From assembly GCA_012521575.1 (NCBI GenBank), contig JAAYMD010000048.1:1-40061 (forward strand): a DNA stretch of 40,061 bases, given 5' to 3'. The position numbers were made by a program, and so were the translations under genes. This DNA comes from Mollicutes bacterium (GTDB lineage: Bacteria > Bacillota_I > Bacilli_A > RF39 > UBA660). Shown here in pieces: positions 29,013-40,061 of the stretch; position 1 is the stretch's first letter; each line of letters begins with the position of its first letter. Under the pieces are notes generated by a model. The model saw only the letters and a list, made by a program, of their open reading frames with translations. It did not search any database and was not told the DNA's origin.

Positions 29013-30775
29013 TAAATGAAAGTGATATTAAAAATATTAAAGCCACAAATCCGATAAAAACAATAAAAAGATTGTGGAAATATTTAAAAGATTACAGAAT
29101 AAGAATTAATTTAGTAATTATTTTAGTTGTTTTGACTACGATTATACAAATTTTTACACCAGTTATAATTCTGATTGCTATCGATGACTTTATTGCTAAA
29201 AATTATTTAGAAAATTTAAAAATCATTTTAATATTGCTTGGAACTTTTTATATTTTAACATCATTATTTAATTATTTATCAAGCTATATTATGACATCCG
29301 TTTCGGAGAAAGCGCTTTACATTATTCGCAAAGATTTATTTAATCATTTAGAAAAGTTATCATTAAGTTTTTTTGATAAACATAAAAAAGGAGATTTAAT
29401 GAGCCGTTTTACTAATGATATTAGTGTTATTAGCGATACTTTAAGTGATGCTGTTATTCAAATTATTAGTAGTTTCTTGCTTTTAATAGGGGTTACTGTA
29501 ATTATGTTTGTAATAAACCCTATTTTAGCTGTTACTACTATTTTAACGGTTCCTTTATTTTTTATAATTGTTGTAAAACTTGGAGAAAAAATTAATAAAT
29601 ATTATAAAGTAAGACAAGATACAGTTGGTAAATTAAACTCTTTTGCTGAAGAGCGAATAAGTGGGATCGAAGTAGTTAAAAGTTATGGAAAAGAAAATGA
29701 GACATTAGATCAATTTAAAGTGCATAATCAGAAATTAAAAGATGTATCCGTTAAAGCTTATATGTATTCTAGTTTAATTATGCCAACCAATATTATTGTT
29801 TCTAATATTAACAATATTTTATTGATTGCTATTGGTTCAGTCTTAACACTTAAAGGGATGGCGACAGTAGGAAGTATTTTGGCATTTCTTAACTATTCAA
29901 AAATGTTTAGACGTCCGATTAATCAGCTTGCCTCAATTTATTCATCAATCCAAACTTCTCTTGCTGGAGCAGAAAGAATTTTTGATATCATTGATCATCC
30001 GATTGAAGTAAAAGATGTAGAAAATCCAATTACAATGAAAGAAATTAAAGGTGAAGTAGAATTTAAAAATGTATGTTTTGGTTATACACCAGAAAAAATG
30101 GTTTTAAAAGATTTTAATTTAAAAGTAAAACAAGGAGAAAATGTTGCTATTGTGGGGCCTACTGGAGCAGGAAAGACAACAATAATTAATTTATTATCAA
30201 GATTTTATGATATAAATTCTGGACTAATTACTATTGATGGTATAGATATTAGTAAAGTTAAGAAAGCAGATTTAAGAAAGAAAATAGGAATAGTTCTACA
30301 GGATACTTATTTATTTAAAGGAACAATTTTAGAAAATATAAAATATGGTAAGATGGATGCTACTATTGAAGAAGTTATTGAAGCGTGTAAAAAAGCCCAA
30401 GCTCATTCATTTATTAGAAGATTACCAAACGGATATGATTCAATGATTGAAGAAAGTGGAAGTAATTTATCACAAGGTGAACGCCAACTTATTTCCATCG
30501 CGCGGGCAATATTGGCTAATCATGAAATTTTAATATTAGATGAGGCTACAAGTAATGTTGATACTAGGACTGAAGTAAATATTCAAAAGGGAATGAAAAA
30601 ATTGATGGAGGGAAAAACATGTTTTATAATCGCACATCGTCTATCAACGGTTAGAAATGTTGATACCATTGTTGTACTTAATCATGGTAAAATTGTTGAA
30701 AAGGGAAATCATGAAAGTTTAATGCAAAAGAAAGGTTTTTATTATAATTTATATAATAGTCAATTTGAAGATTAA
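29009..30775 (+). CDS. Heterodimeric ABC exporter subunit B (TM288/EfrB-like)
   Basis: TMD + NBD; GPTGAGKT, deviant signature LSQGE, canonical LDE and AHR; ATGA overlap with subunit A. Confidence 0.92.
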   Translation: MINESDIKNIKATNPIKTIKRLWKYLKDYRIRINLVIILVVLTTIIQIFTPVIILIAIDDFIAKNYLENLKIILILLGTFYILTSLFNYLSSYIMTSVSEKALYIIRKDLFNHLEKLSLSFFDKHKKGDLMSRFTNDISVISDTLSDAVIQIISSFLLLIGVTVIMFVINPILAVTTILTVPLFFIIVVKLGEKINKYYKVRQDTVGKLNSFAEERISGIEVVKSYGKENETLDQFKVHNQKLKDVSVKAYMYSSLIMPTNIIVSNINNILLIAIGSVLTLKGMATVGSILAFLNYSKMFRRPINQLASIYSSIQTSLAGAERIFDIIDHPIEVKDVENPITMKEIKGEVEFKNVCFGYTPEKMVLKDFNLKVKQGENVAIVGPTGAGKTTIINLLSRFYDINSGLITIDGIDISKVKKADLRKKIGIVLQDTYLFKGTILENIKYGKMDATIEEVIEACKKAQAHSFIRRLPNGYDSMIEESGSNLSQGERQLISIARAILANHEILILDEATSNVDTRTEVNIQKGMKKLMEGKTCFIIAHRLSTVRNVDTIVVLNHGKIVEKGNHESLMQKKGFYYNLYNSQFED

Positions 30776-30850
30776 AACTATCTTTTTATTAAATTATTTG
30801 GTATAATTAAATATAGATAAAGTATGTTATGGATAAGGAGATGAAAACTC

Positions 30851-31285
30851 ATGAATAATAAAAAAGAAAATTTTGATGAGATAGAAATCCTTGATGAAAA
30901 TTTAGAAGCAAAGCCTATAACTAGTGAAGATTTGATTGCTACTGATTGGTTATCTGATTTTACCAATGTAGAAACAAAAACACTAGTTCAATCACAAACG
31001 GAAGATATTATAGAAATTATGGATGAGGATATAATAATTGAAGAAAAAGACGATGCTGATGAGAAAAAAACGACAGAAGTATTAAATAGTATTGAAGCTG
31101 TTGAGCCAAATAATGACACTACTTTTCAAAAACCACCAATACAAGAAGCAGACCATATTCCTGAAATTGATATCGAGGAAGAACTTAATAACAATCGTAG
31201 CGTTGCTTTTATTGCTACTTTGTTTGCTATATTAATTATCTTTATATTATTTTTACCAACAATTACTAAAATGATGGAACAATGA
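30851..31285 (+). CDS. Hypothetical acidic tail-anchored protein
   Basis: SD AAGGAG; D/E-rich body; C-terminal TM (VAFIATLFAILIIFILFLP). Confidence 0.7.
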   Translation: MNNKKENFDEIEILDENLEAKPITSEDLIATDWLSDFTNVETKTLVQSQTEDIIEIMDEDIIIEEKDDADEKKTTEVLNSIEAVEPNNDTTFQKPPIQEADHIPEIDIEEELNNNRSVAFIATLFAILIIFILFLPTITKMMEQ

Positions 31286-31303
31286 TAAATTGCGGTAAAT
31301 GAT

Positions 31304-31328
31304 AAGATACGAAATTGTATCTTTTTTT
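31304..31328 (+). terminator. Intrinsic terminator
   Basis: AAGATAC-loop-GTATCTT plus T-run. Confidence 0.65.
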
Positions 31329-31388
31329 ATTACAACATTTGTAATTTTCTTCTAGTTGATTTTTATAATACATATTAACTAGAAAACA

Positions 31389-31426
31389 ACAAAACCTATC
31401 ATGCGTTTGGACAAGATAGGTTTTGT
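31389..31426 (-). terminator. Inverted repeat, probable terminator for the YbaK-family gene
   Basis: ACAAAACCTATC-N14-GATAGGTTTTGT (12-bp perfect stem). Confidence 0.6.
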
Positions 31427-31440
31427 ATAAATTAATTTTC

Positions 31441-31902
31441 TTATTCAATTGTTGTAACGTTTATCCATGTTCCCTTTGTTAGGGACGCTAAATCATCCAC
31501 ACTGATTTTTAAAGCAAGATTGAAGTCACCCGCTGCCGGATAAACATATTTTAATTGTTTTAGCGATTGGTCTAAATAAATTTCAATATTTTCTTTTAAA
31601 CCAAACGGACATACTCCACCAACAGGATGATTAGTTATGGTTTCAACTTGTTCAAATGGGATCATTTTTGCTTTTTCTTTAAAATATTCTTTATATTTTT
31701 TATTATTTATTTTAGCATCTCCACTTGTAACAATAACAATGTTTTTATCTTTTAACATAAACGCTAGAGTTTTGGCGATTTCATTTGTTGTTACTCCCAA
31801 CTCGGTTGCAGCTTTCAACACTGTTGAACTATCTTTTAATTCAATGATATTTATGTCATAATTGTGTTTTTGAAAAAAATTAATGACATGTTGTTTTGCC
31901 AT
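31441..31902 (-). CDS. YbaK/EbsC family aminoacyl-tRNA deacylase
   Basis: IAKTL, HPVGGVCPFG, YLD.SL, PAAG. Confidence 0.9.
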   Translation of the reverse strand: MAKQHVINFFQKHNYDINIIELKDSSTVLKAATELGVTTNEIAKTLAFMLKDKNIVIVTSGDAKINNKKYKEYFKEKAKMIPFEQVETITNHPVGGVCPFGLKENIEIYLDQSLKQLKYVYPAAGDFNLALKISVDDLASLTKGTWINVTTIE

Positions 31903-32016
31903 AATATCTTCTCCTTTACTATTAGAATTATACTATTATTTAAAATTGATTTCAAATATTTCAAAAGAGGTGTTTAAATTTGAGAATAAGTGCCAATAAT
32001 AACAAAAAAAGAAAAA

Positions 32017-32043
32017 TTAGCAGTCATATATTGACATTGCTAA
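32017..32043 (+). promoter_or_regulatory. CIRCE operator 1 (overlaps -35)
   Basis: TTAGCAGTC-N9-CATTGCTAA vs TTAGCACTC-N9-GAGTGCTAA. Confidence 0.75.
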
Positions 32044-32059
32044 AATATAATAGTATAAT
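32031..32059 (+). promoter_or_regulatory. sigma-A promoter of hrcA operon
   Basis: Perfect TTGACA-N17-TATAAT. Confidence 0.85.
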
Positions 32060-32062
32060 GAA

Positions 32063-32089
32063 ATAGCATTCAGCAATTGACAGTGCTAA
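32063..32089 (+). promoter_or_regulatory. CIRCE operator 2
   Basis: ATAGCATTC-N9-CAGTGCTAA directly downstream of -10. Confidence 0.8.
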
Positions 32090-32129
32090 TCTGGTTTTGC
32101 TAGCGAAAGTATTAAAAGGTGGTGTTATA

Positions 32130-33153
32130 GTGTCATATAACGGTGCTTCACAAAATGCTGTGCTAACAGAAAGGCAAAAAATGATATTAAAATTGATTGT
32201 TGAAGAATATATCAAAACAGTCAAACCAGTTAGTTCAAAATCGCTTTGTGATGTTTTTGATTGTTCTAGTGCAACAATTAGAAATGAAATGGCAGTTTTA
32301 GAAGATATGGGACTTATTGAAAAACACCATATTTCTTCTGGTCGAATTCCTAGCGAACAAGGTTATAATTATTACATCAACAATATAATGGAACCAAAAG
32401 AATTAACTGGTGAAGATATGTTAAAACTACAAACAATTTTTCATAATCAATCATTAATGTTAAATGATGTTATTGTCAAAAGCATGGAGATTATATCAGA
32501 ACTTACAAATTATACATCAATTGTTCTTGGTAGTTCATCAAAAGATAATCGCTTAAGTAAAGTTGAGGCAATTCCTGTTAATGAGAATCGGGTTGTAGCC
32601 ATTGTTATAACTGATAAAGGACATGTCGAGCATAAACATATTTTTATTGAATCACCAGTTAGTAGTGAAGAGGTTCAAAAAACAATTGATTTGATTAATA
32701 AATTAATTGTTGGAACCCCAATTTCCGAAATAAGTATGAAGTTGGAGTGCGAAATTAAGCCAATTATTGCCAAGTATGTTAAGCAGTATGAAGCATTATA
32801 TAACGCCTTTTATACAGCATTTAGTGACTTTTCAAATGATGCTAAAATTAGAATAACAGGAGCTAGCAATATATTAAAGCAACCAGAGTTTCAAGACACT
32901 GGAAAAATTGCTGAAATTTTAGAAAAATTTGATGATAAAGAATTTATTAGAAGTATTATGAAAGAAGGTAATGGTATTAACATATATGTTGGTAGTGAAA
33001 GTGAGTTTGACCAAGATGTTGGTTTGATAAAGACTAGTTTTGAAGTTGGTGGTGAAGTTGGAACAATTGCCATTATTGGTCCAAAAAGAATGGAGTATAG
33101 TCGTGTTCTAGCACTCCTAGAATACGTTAAGAAAAACATAGAGGAGGGGGACT

Positions 33154-33170
<17 letters not shown>
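32130..33170 (+). CDS. hrcA: Heat-inducible transcription repressor HrcA
   Basis: LTERQ..IL..IVEEYI, SSATIRNEMA, SSGRIPS, IIGPKRM.Y; GTG 32130 behind AGGTGGTG (alternative GTG 32160). Confidence 0.96.
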
Positions 33171-35678
<2,508 letters not shown>

Positions 35679-35681
35679 AAA

Positions 35682-35710
35682 AATGTAGAAGTCGTTATGA
35701 CTTCTACATT
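35682..35710 (+). terminator. 12-bp stem-loop after dnaK (no U-tract on + strand; possible stabiliser or partial terminator)
   Basis: AATGTAGAAGTC-GTTAT-GACTTCTACATT. Confidence 0.6.
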
Positions 35711-35740
35711 CTACTATAAATTAAAAAAAAGGAGAAAAAT

Positions 35741-37543
35741 ATGGCAATTAAAGAACAAACCCGAGCGGAAATTGATGAAAAATTTAAATGGGATTTGTCA
35801 GTAATGTATTGTTGTGATGAAAAGTGGTATGAAGAATACAAAAAGGTAAAAGAAAAAGTTAGTGAATTTAGTAAATATCAAGGTCATATTTTAGACAGTT
35901 CTCAAAGTTTATATAATACTTTAAAAGATTATGTGAATTTAGAACGTGTCTTATCAAAATTATATGTTTATGCATGTATGAAAAGTGACGAAGATACAAG
36001 TAATACTCATTATCAAAAAATGAAAGGTGAGGTACAAAACTTAAGTGTATTAGTGTCTAGTACCACATCTTTTGTTGTGCCTGAATTAATCCAAAGTGAT
36101 TATTCTTTAATTGAACAGTATATTGCTGAATTACCTGAACTAGCTTGTTATAAACGCATGCTTAAAGATATTTATCGTTTTAAAAAGTATACATTATCAA
36201 AGAAAGAAGAAAAGATTATTTCAAAATTGTCAAAAGTATTAGATTCATCTAGTTTAACAGCAAATTTGGTTCGTAATTCAGATTTAACTTTTGGAACTAT
36301 AACTGATGAAGAAGGAAGAGAAGTTGAACTTACTAATAGTAACTTTACTAAATATATGGAATCTAGTAATAGAGATGTTCGTAAGCAAGCATTTTATACT
36401 TTGTATCAAGGCTATGAAAAAGTAAAAAACACATTAGCGTCTACTTTAGCATCACAAGTTGAAACTAATGTGGCGATTGCTGATATTAGAGGATATAAAA
36501 GTGCACTTGAAATGTCCTTGTTTGGAAGTAATGTTGATGTTAATATTTACCATAATTTAATAAAAGTTGTTAATGACAATTTACATGTTTTACATAAATA
36601 CTATAATTTAAAAAAAGAATATTTAAAGTTAGATGAATTAAATTTATATGATGTTTATGCTCCATTAGTAGAAGAGGAAAATAATGTATATAAGTTTGAA
36701 AAAGCTAAAGAAATTGTCATCAATGCTTTAAGTGTTTTGGGTGAAAAATATATTAATGATTTAAAAAGAGCTTTTGATGAAAAATGGATAGACATTTATC
36801 CTAATAAAGGTAAAAGAAGCGGCGCTTATTCTTGGGGATGCTATGATAGTTATCCATATATTTTATTAAATTATCATGAACGTTTTAATGATGTTTCAAC
36901 ACTTGCGCACGAACTTGGTCATTCAATGCATAGTTTTTATTCAAGAAAACATAATGAATACCAAGATGCACATTATGAAATTTTTGTTGCTGAAGTTGCC
37001 TCAATTGTAAATGAACTTTTATTGTATCGTTATATGATAGATAATAGTAATGATAAAAAACAAAAATTAAATATCTTAAACAACATTTTAGAGCTTTTCC
37101 GTGGCACTTTGTTTCGCCAAACAATGTTTGCTGAATTTGAGTTAGAAATATATAATTTAGTAAATAATAATGAAGTTTTGACCCATGATACTTTATCAAA
37201 AATATATTATGATTTAAATAAAAAATATTTTGGTGATAATGTTGTTGTTAATGAAGAAATTAAATATGAGTGGGCAAGAATACCACATTTCTACACAAGT
37301 TTTTATGTTTATCAATATGCTACAGGAATGGCAGCGGCATGCGCAATAGTTAATGATATAATTAATAAAGGTGAAGATGCCATAAATAAGTATTTAGAAT
37401 TTTTAAAAACAGGTGGTCGTGATTATCCAGTAGAACTTTTAAAAATTGCTGGCGTTGATTTATCAAAGCCCGAACCTATAAAAGAAGCTATTAAACTTTT
37501 TGAAAAAACTATAGATGAATTTATAAAATTATCCCAAAAATAG
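35741..37543 (+). CDS. pepF: Oligoendopeptidase F (M3B)
   Basis: KWDL, GKRSGAYS, HELGH (HExxH), AEVAS, RQTMFAEFE, WARIPHFY..FYVYQY. Confidence 0.95.
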   Translation: MAIKEQTRAEIDEKFKWDLSVMYCCDEKWYEEYKKVKEKVSEFSKYQGHILDSSQSLYNTLKDYVNLERVLSKLYVYACMKSDEDTSNTHYQKMKGEVQNLSVLVSSTTSFVVPELIQSDYSLIEQYIAELPELACYKRMLKDIYRFKKYTLSKKEEKIISKLSKVLDSSSLTANLVRNSDLTFGTITDEEGREVELTNSNFTKYMESSNRDVRKQAFYTLYQGYEKVKNTLASTLASQVETNVAIADIRGYKSALEMSLFGSNVDVNIYHNLIKVVNDNLHVLHKYYNLKKEYLKLDELNLYDVYAPLVEEENNVYKFEKAKEIVINALSVLGEKYINDLKRAFDEKWIDIYPNKGKRSGAYSWGCYDSYPYILLNYHERFNDVSTLAHELGHSMHSFYSRKHNEYQDAHYEIFVAEVASIVNELLLYRYMIDNSNDKKQKLNILNNILELFRGTLFRQTMFAEFELEIYNLVNNNEVLTHDTLSKIYYDLNKKYFGDNVVVNEEIKYEWARIPHFYTSFYVYQYATGMAAACAIVNDIINKGEDAINKYLEFLKTGGRDYPVELLKIAGVDLSKPEPIKEAIKLFEKTIDEFIKLSQK

Positions 37544-37558
37544 GAAGTAGGTGATAGT

Positions 37559-38668
37559 GTGAGTAAGCGTGATTATTATGAAATTTTAGGAGTTAGTCGT
37601 GATGCAAGTGAAGCTGAAATTAAAAGTGCATTTCGACGCCTTGCTAAGAAATATCATCCTGATGTATCAAAAGACCCCAATGCATCAGAAAAATTTAAAG
37701 AAGCGCAAGAAGCTTATGCTGTTTTAAGTGATCCGGAAAAAAGACGTCAATATGATCAATTTGGACACTCTGCCTTTTCAAATGGTCAAGGTGGATTCCA
37801 GGGATTTGATTTTTCTGATTTCGATTTTTCGGATATTTTTGATGATATATTCGGTAGTGGTTTTGGTAGTTTCTTTTCAGGTTCAAGAACAAATAGTAAT
37901 CGACCGCGCAAGGGTCGCGACGTGTTAATGGAAATGAAGTTGACTTTTGAAGAAGCTGTTTTTGGGACTAAGAAAACAATTAAATTAGATGTTGCCGAAG
38001 ATTGTAAAGATTGTAATGGACATGGTGGTCATGGTGAAAAAACATGTTCAACATGCCGTGGTAGCGGATATGTAACTACGGAACAACGAACTTTATTTGG
38101 TACTTTTATGTCAAGAAGTACTTGTAGTGACTGTGCTGGAAAAGGGAAGACTTATGAGCGCCGATGTTCAACATGTCATGGAACTGGAAAAGTTAGTCGT
38201 ACGCAAACAATTGAAGTTAAAATACCAGCAGGTGTTGATACCGGCAATCAATTAAGTATTCCTGGCAAAGGTGAAGCAGGAATTAATGGTGGTCCCAATG
38301 GTGATGTTTATTTAGAACTTATTGTTGAAAAACATCCATTATTTGAAAGAAAAGGAAATGATATTTATTTAGAGCTTCCAATAACTGTTGCCGATGCTGC
38401 GCTAGGTGCAAAAGTTGACATACCAACATTAACTGGTAAAGTTAAATTAATAATTCCACCGGGAAGTCAAACTGATGATAAACATCGTTTAAAGGATAAA
38501 GGAGTCCCGCATTTAAATTCTAATCGTAAAGGAGATATGTATGTTATATTGAAAGTTGTGACCCCTAAGAAGTTAACTAAAGAACAAAAGAAAATTTTTG
38601 AAAGTTTAAGAAAAACTAAATTAGATGATAGTGAAGAATTTAAAAGATTTTATAAGTATTTAAAATAA
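37559..38668 (+). CDS. dnaJ: Chaperone DnaJ
   Basis: J-domain HPD, G/F region, four CxxCxGxG repeats. Confidence 0.98.
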   Translation: MSKRDYYEILGVSRDASEAEIKSAFRRLAKKYHPDVSKDPNASEKFKEAQEAYAVLSDPEKRRQYDQFGHSAFSNGQGGFQGFDFSDFDFSDIFDDIFGSGFGSFFSGSRTNSNRPRKGRDVLMEMKLTFEEAVFGTKKTIKLDVAEDCKDCNGHGGHGEKTCSTCRGSGYVTTEQRTLFGTFMSRSTCSDCAGKGKTYERRCSTCHGTGKVSRTQTIEVKIPAGVDTGNQLSIPGKGEAGINGGPNGDVYLELIVEKHPLFERKGNDIYLELPITVADAALGAKVDIPTLTGKVKLIIPPGSQTDDKHRLKDKGVPHLNSNRKGDMYVILKVVTPKKLTKEQKKIFESLRKTKLDDSEEFKRFYKYLK

Positions 38669-38677
38669 AGATTATTG

Positions 38678-38706
38678 TTGAAAAAAAGAAATTTATATTT
38701 TATAAT
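38678..38706 (+). promoter_or_regulatory. sigma-A promoter of frr
   Basis: TTGAAA-N17-TATAAT. Confidence 0.65.
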
Positions 38707-38733
38707 TATTAGTAGTATGGAAAGGATGAAGAT

Positions 38734-39276
38734 ATGGACGATATTTTGTTGTATGCTGACAATAAAATGAGTGAAGCTATTGACGTTTTAGAGTCTCGAT
38801 TTAACAATGTTCGTGCAGGACGTGCTAATCCGGCTTTATTAGATGGGGTGAAGGTATCTTATTATGGTGTTGATACGCCGTTAAAACAACTAGCCACTAT
38901 TTCTGTTCCAGAAGCAAGAGTATTATCAATTAAACCTTTTGATCCAAATACTTTATCTGCCATTGAAAAAGCTATTTTTGAAGCTAATATTGGTTTAACA
39001 CCTAATAATAATGGGGAAGTGATTATTCTCAATATTCCACCATTAACTGAGGAAACTAGAAAAGATTTAGTTAAACAAGTTAAAGCAATGGCTGAAGAAT
39101 GTCGCGTGATTCTTCGAAGAATTAGACAAGAATCAAACGACAAAATTAAAAAGCTGGAAATATCAGAAGATGAAATTAAAGCTGGAATGGATGAAGTTCA
39201 AGAATTAATTAACAAGTATAACAAAATTGTTGATGAAAAATTAAAAGAAAAAGAAGAAGAATTAATGACTATTTAA
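38734..39276 (+). CDS. frr: Ribosome recycling factor
   Basis: VRAGRANP, YYG..TPL.QLA, PPLTEE.R, KEEELM. Confidence 0.97.
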   Translation: MDDILLYADNKMSEAIDVLESRFNNVRAGRANPALLDGVKVSYYGVDTPLKQLATISVPEARVLSIKPFDPNTLSAIEKAIFEANIGLTPNNNGEVIILNIPPLTEETRKDLVKQVKAMAEECRVILRRIRQESNDKIKKLEISEDEIKAGMDEVQELINKYNKIVDEKLKEKEEELMTI

Positions 39277-39323
39277 AAAGATCCATATAAAATAGTAAGG
39301 AAATAAGATTTTATGGTAAATGT

Positions 39324-39358
39324 TTAGTTAGGAGCATAAAAATTATGCTTCTTTTATT
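39324..39358 (+). terminator. Intrinsic terminator after frr (repeat copy 2)
   Basis: GGAGCATAA-AAA-TTATGCTTC plus T-rich tail. Confidence 0.7.
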
Positions 39359-39573
39359 TTGGATTGAAGCAAGTATATATAAATCTTTTTTTGTTCAATA
39401 TTAATTTTACGTTAAAAATAGCGGTTGGTGTAAAGGGGTTTGGGGATTTTTTAGAAGTCTAAAATAAAAAGTGTAACATATGATTGATTTCTCTAGATCT
39501 TTTTTGTCAAATATTAATGTCTGTAATGGAATTTTGTTGATAAGTTTGATATAATATTTCTATGAGGTGGTAG

Positions 39574-40061
39574 ATGATGAAGAAACTTGCTTACATAATG
39601 TCAATGATTGTTTTATTGATACCAATGTTGATGTTCCCATTAGAAGTTAAGGCTGAGGCGAAAACCTTAAAAGATTTATATGATGAATTATCAAAATTAG
39701 AAAATGAGTTAAAAGAAATAAATAATGATAAAAGTTTAACAGAAGAACAAATTCAACAAATTCAACAAAATATTAAAAGTATTGATCGGGAAGTTATTGC
39801 CATTGAAAAAACTATTGCTGAAATTGAAAAAGAAATTAAAAGATTAGAGCAAGATATTATTACTAGAGATAAAGAAATGAAGGAATTAATGAAGTATTAT
39901 CAATTTTCAATTGGTGAAAATTTGTATCTGGAATATGCTTTTGGAGCGGCCAGTATGACTGATTTTATATACCGTTTAGCAATTGTTGAGCAATTGATGA
40001 AACACAATGAACGATTAATTGATGATATGAATAATATGATTGTTGAACAAGAGAAAAAATC
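39574..40061 (+). CDS. Secreted coiled-coil protein, PcsB/CwlO-like N-terminus (3' truncated by window edge; not in ORF track)
   Basis: SD GAGGTGG; MMKKLAY...VKA signal peptide; heptad coiled coil; YLEYAFGAASMTDFIYR resembles the YLdvil.a.sfsDfi.R motif; no stop before window end. Confidence 0.75.
   Translation, partial: MMKKLAYIMSMIVLLIPMLMFPLEVKAEAKTLKDLYDELSKLENELKEINNDKSLTEEQIQQIQQNIKSIDREVIAIEKTIAEIEKEIKRLEQDIITRDKEMKELMKYYQFSIGENLYLEYAFGAASMTDFIYRLAIVEQLMKHNERLIDDMNNMIVEQEKK

Noticed and set aside
27267-30775. Degenerate ABC motifs as a sign of decay
   Set aside because: The complementary pattern is the established asymmetry of TM287/288-type heterodimers
39472-39527. WalR box upstream of the cell-wall hydrolase-like gene
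   Set aside because: Isolated TGTAAH half-sites without the N5-spaced direct repeat

Overview
Low-GC, chromosome-type window from a Bacillota (Bacilli-like) bacterium using genetic code 11 (TGA is a stop, e.g. spo0A, gpmI). Composition and gene content suggest a reduced lineage such as RF39, but that is inference only. Most of it is housekeeping: thiI (partial), clpP, a dispersed glycolytic cluster (gap, pgk, tpiA, gpmI), dusB-RDD-lysS-ackA-DHH phosphoesterase, rluB, ferredoxin, a heterodimeric ABC exporter, hrcA-grpE-dnaK-pepF-dnaJ, frr and a partial PcsB/CwlO-like gene. It also carries endospore genes: two tandem alpha/beta SASPs, spo0A and dacB-spmA-spmB. The most interesting part is ~9.2-10.2 kb between tpiA and spo0A. 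There a degraded type IV pilin-like gene is joined, across a 1-nt frameshift, to a C-type-lectin/FGE-like C-terminus. Its last ~130 coding nt look like a diversity-generating retroelement (DGR) variable region: A falls from ~46% to ~18%, GC rises from ~27% to ~49%, and A-free scaffold codons alternate with NNY codons. No reverse transcriptase or template repeat is in the window, so it would be a remote (trans) target or a relic. A second, intact pilin-LamG gene sits between gap and pgk. No rRNA, tRNA, CRISPR array or intact transposase was seen.
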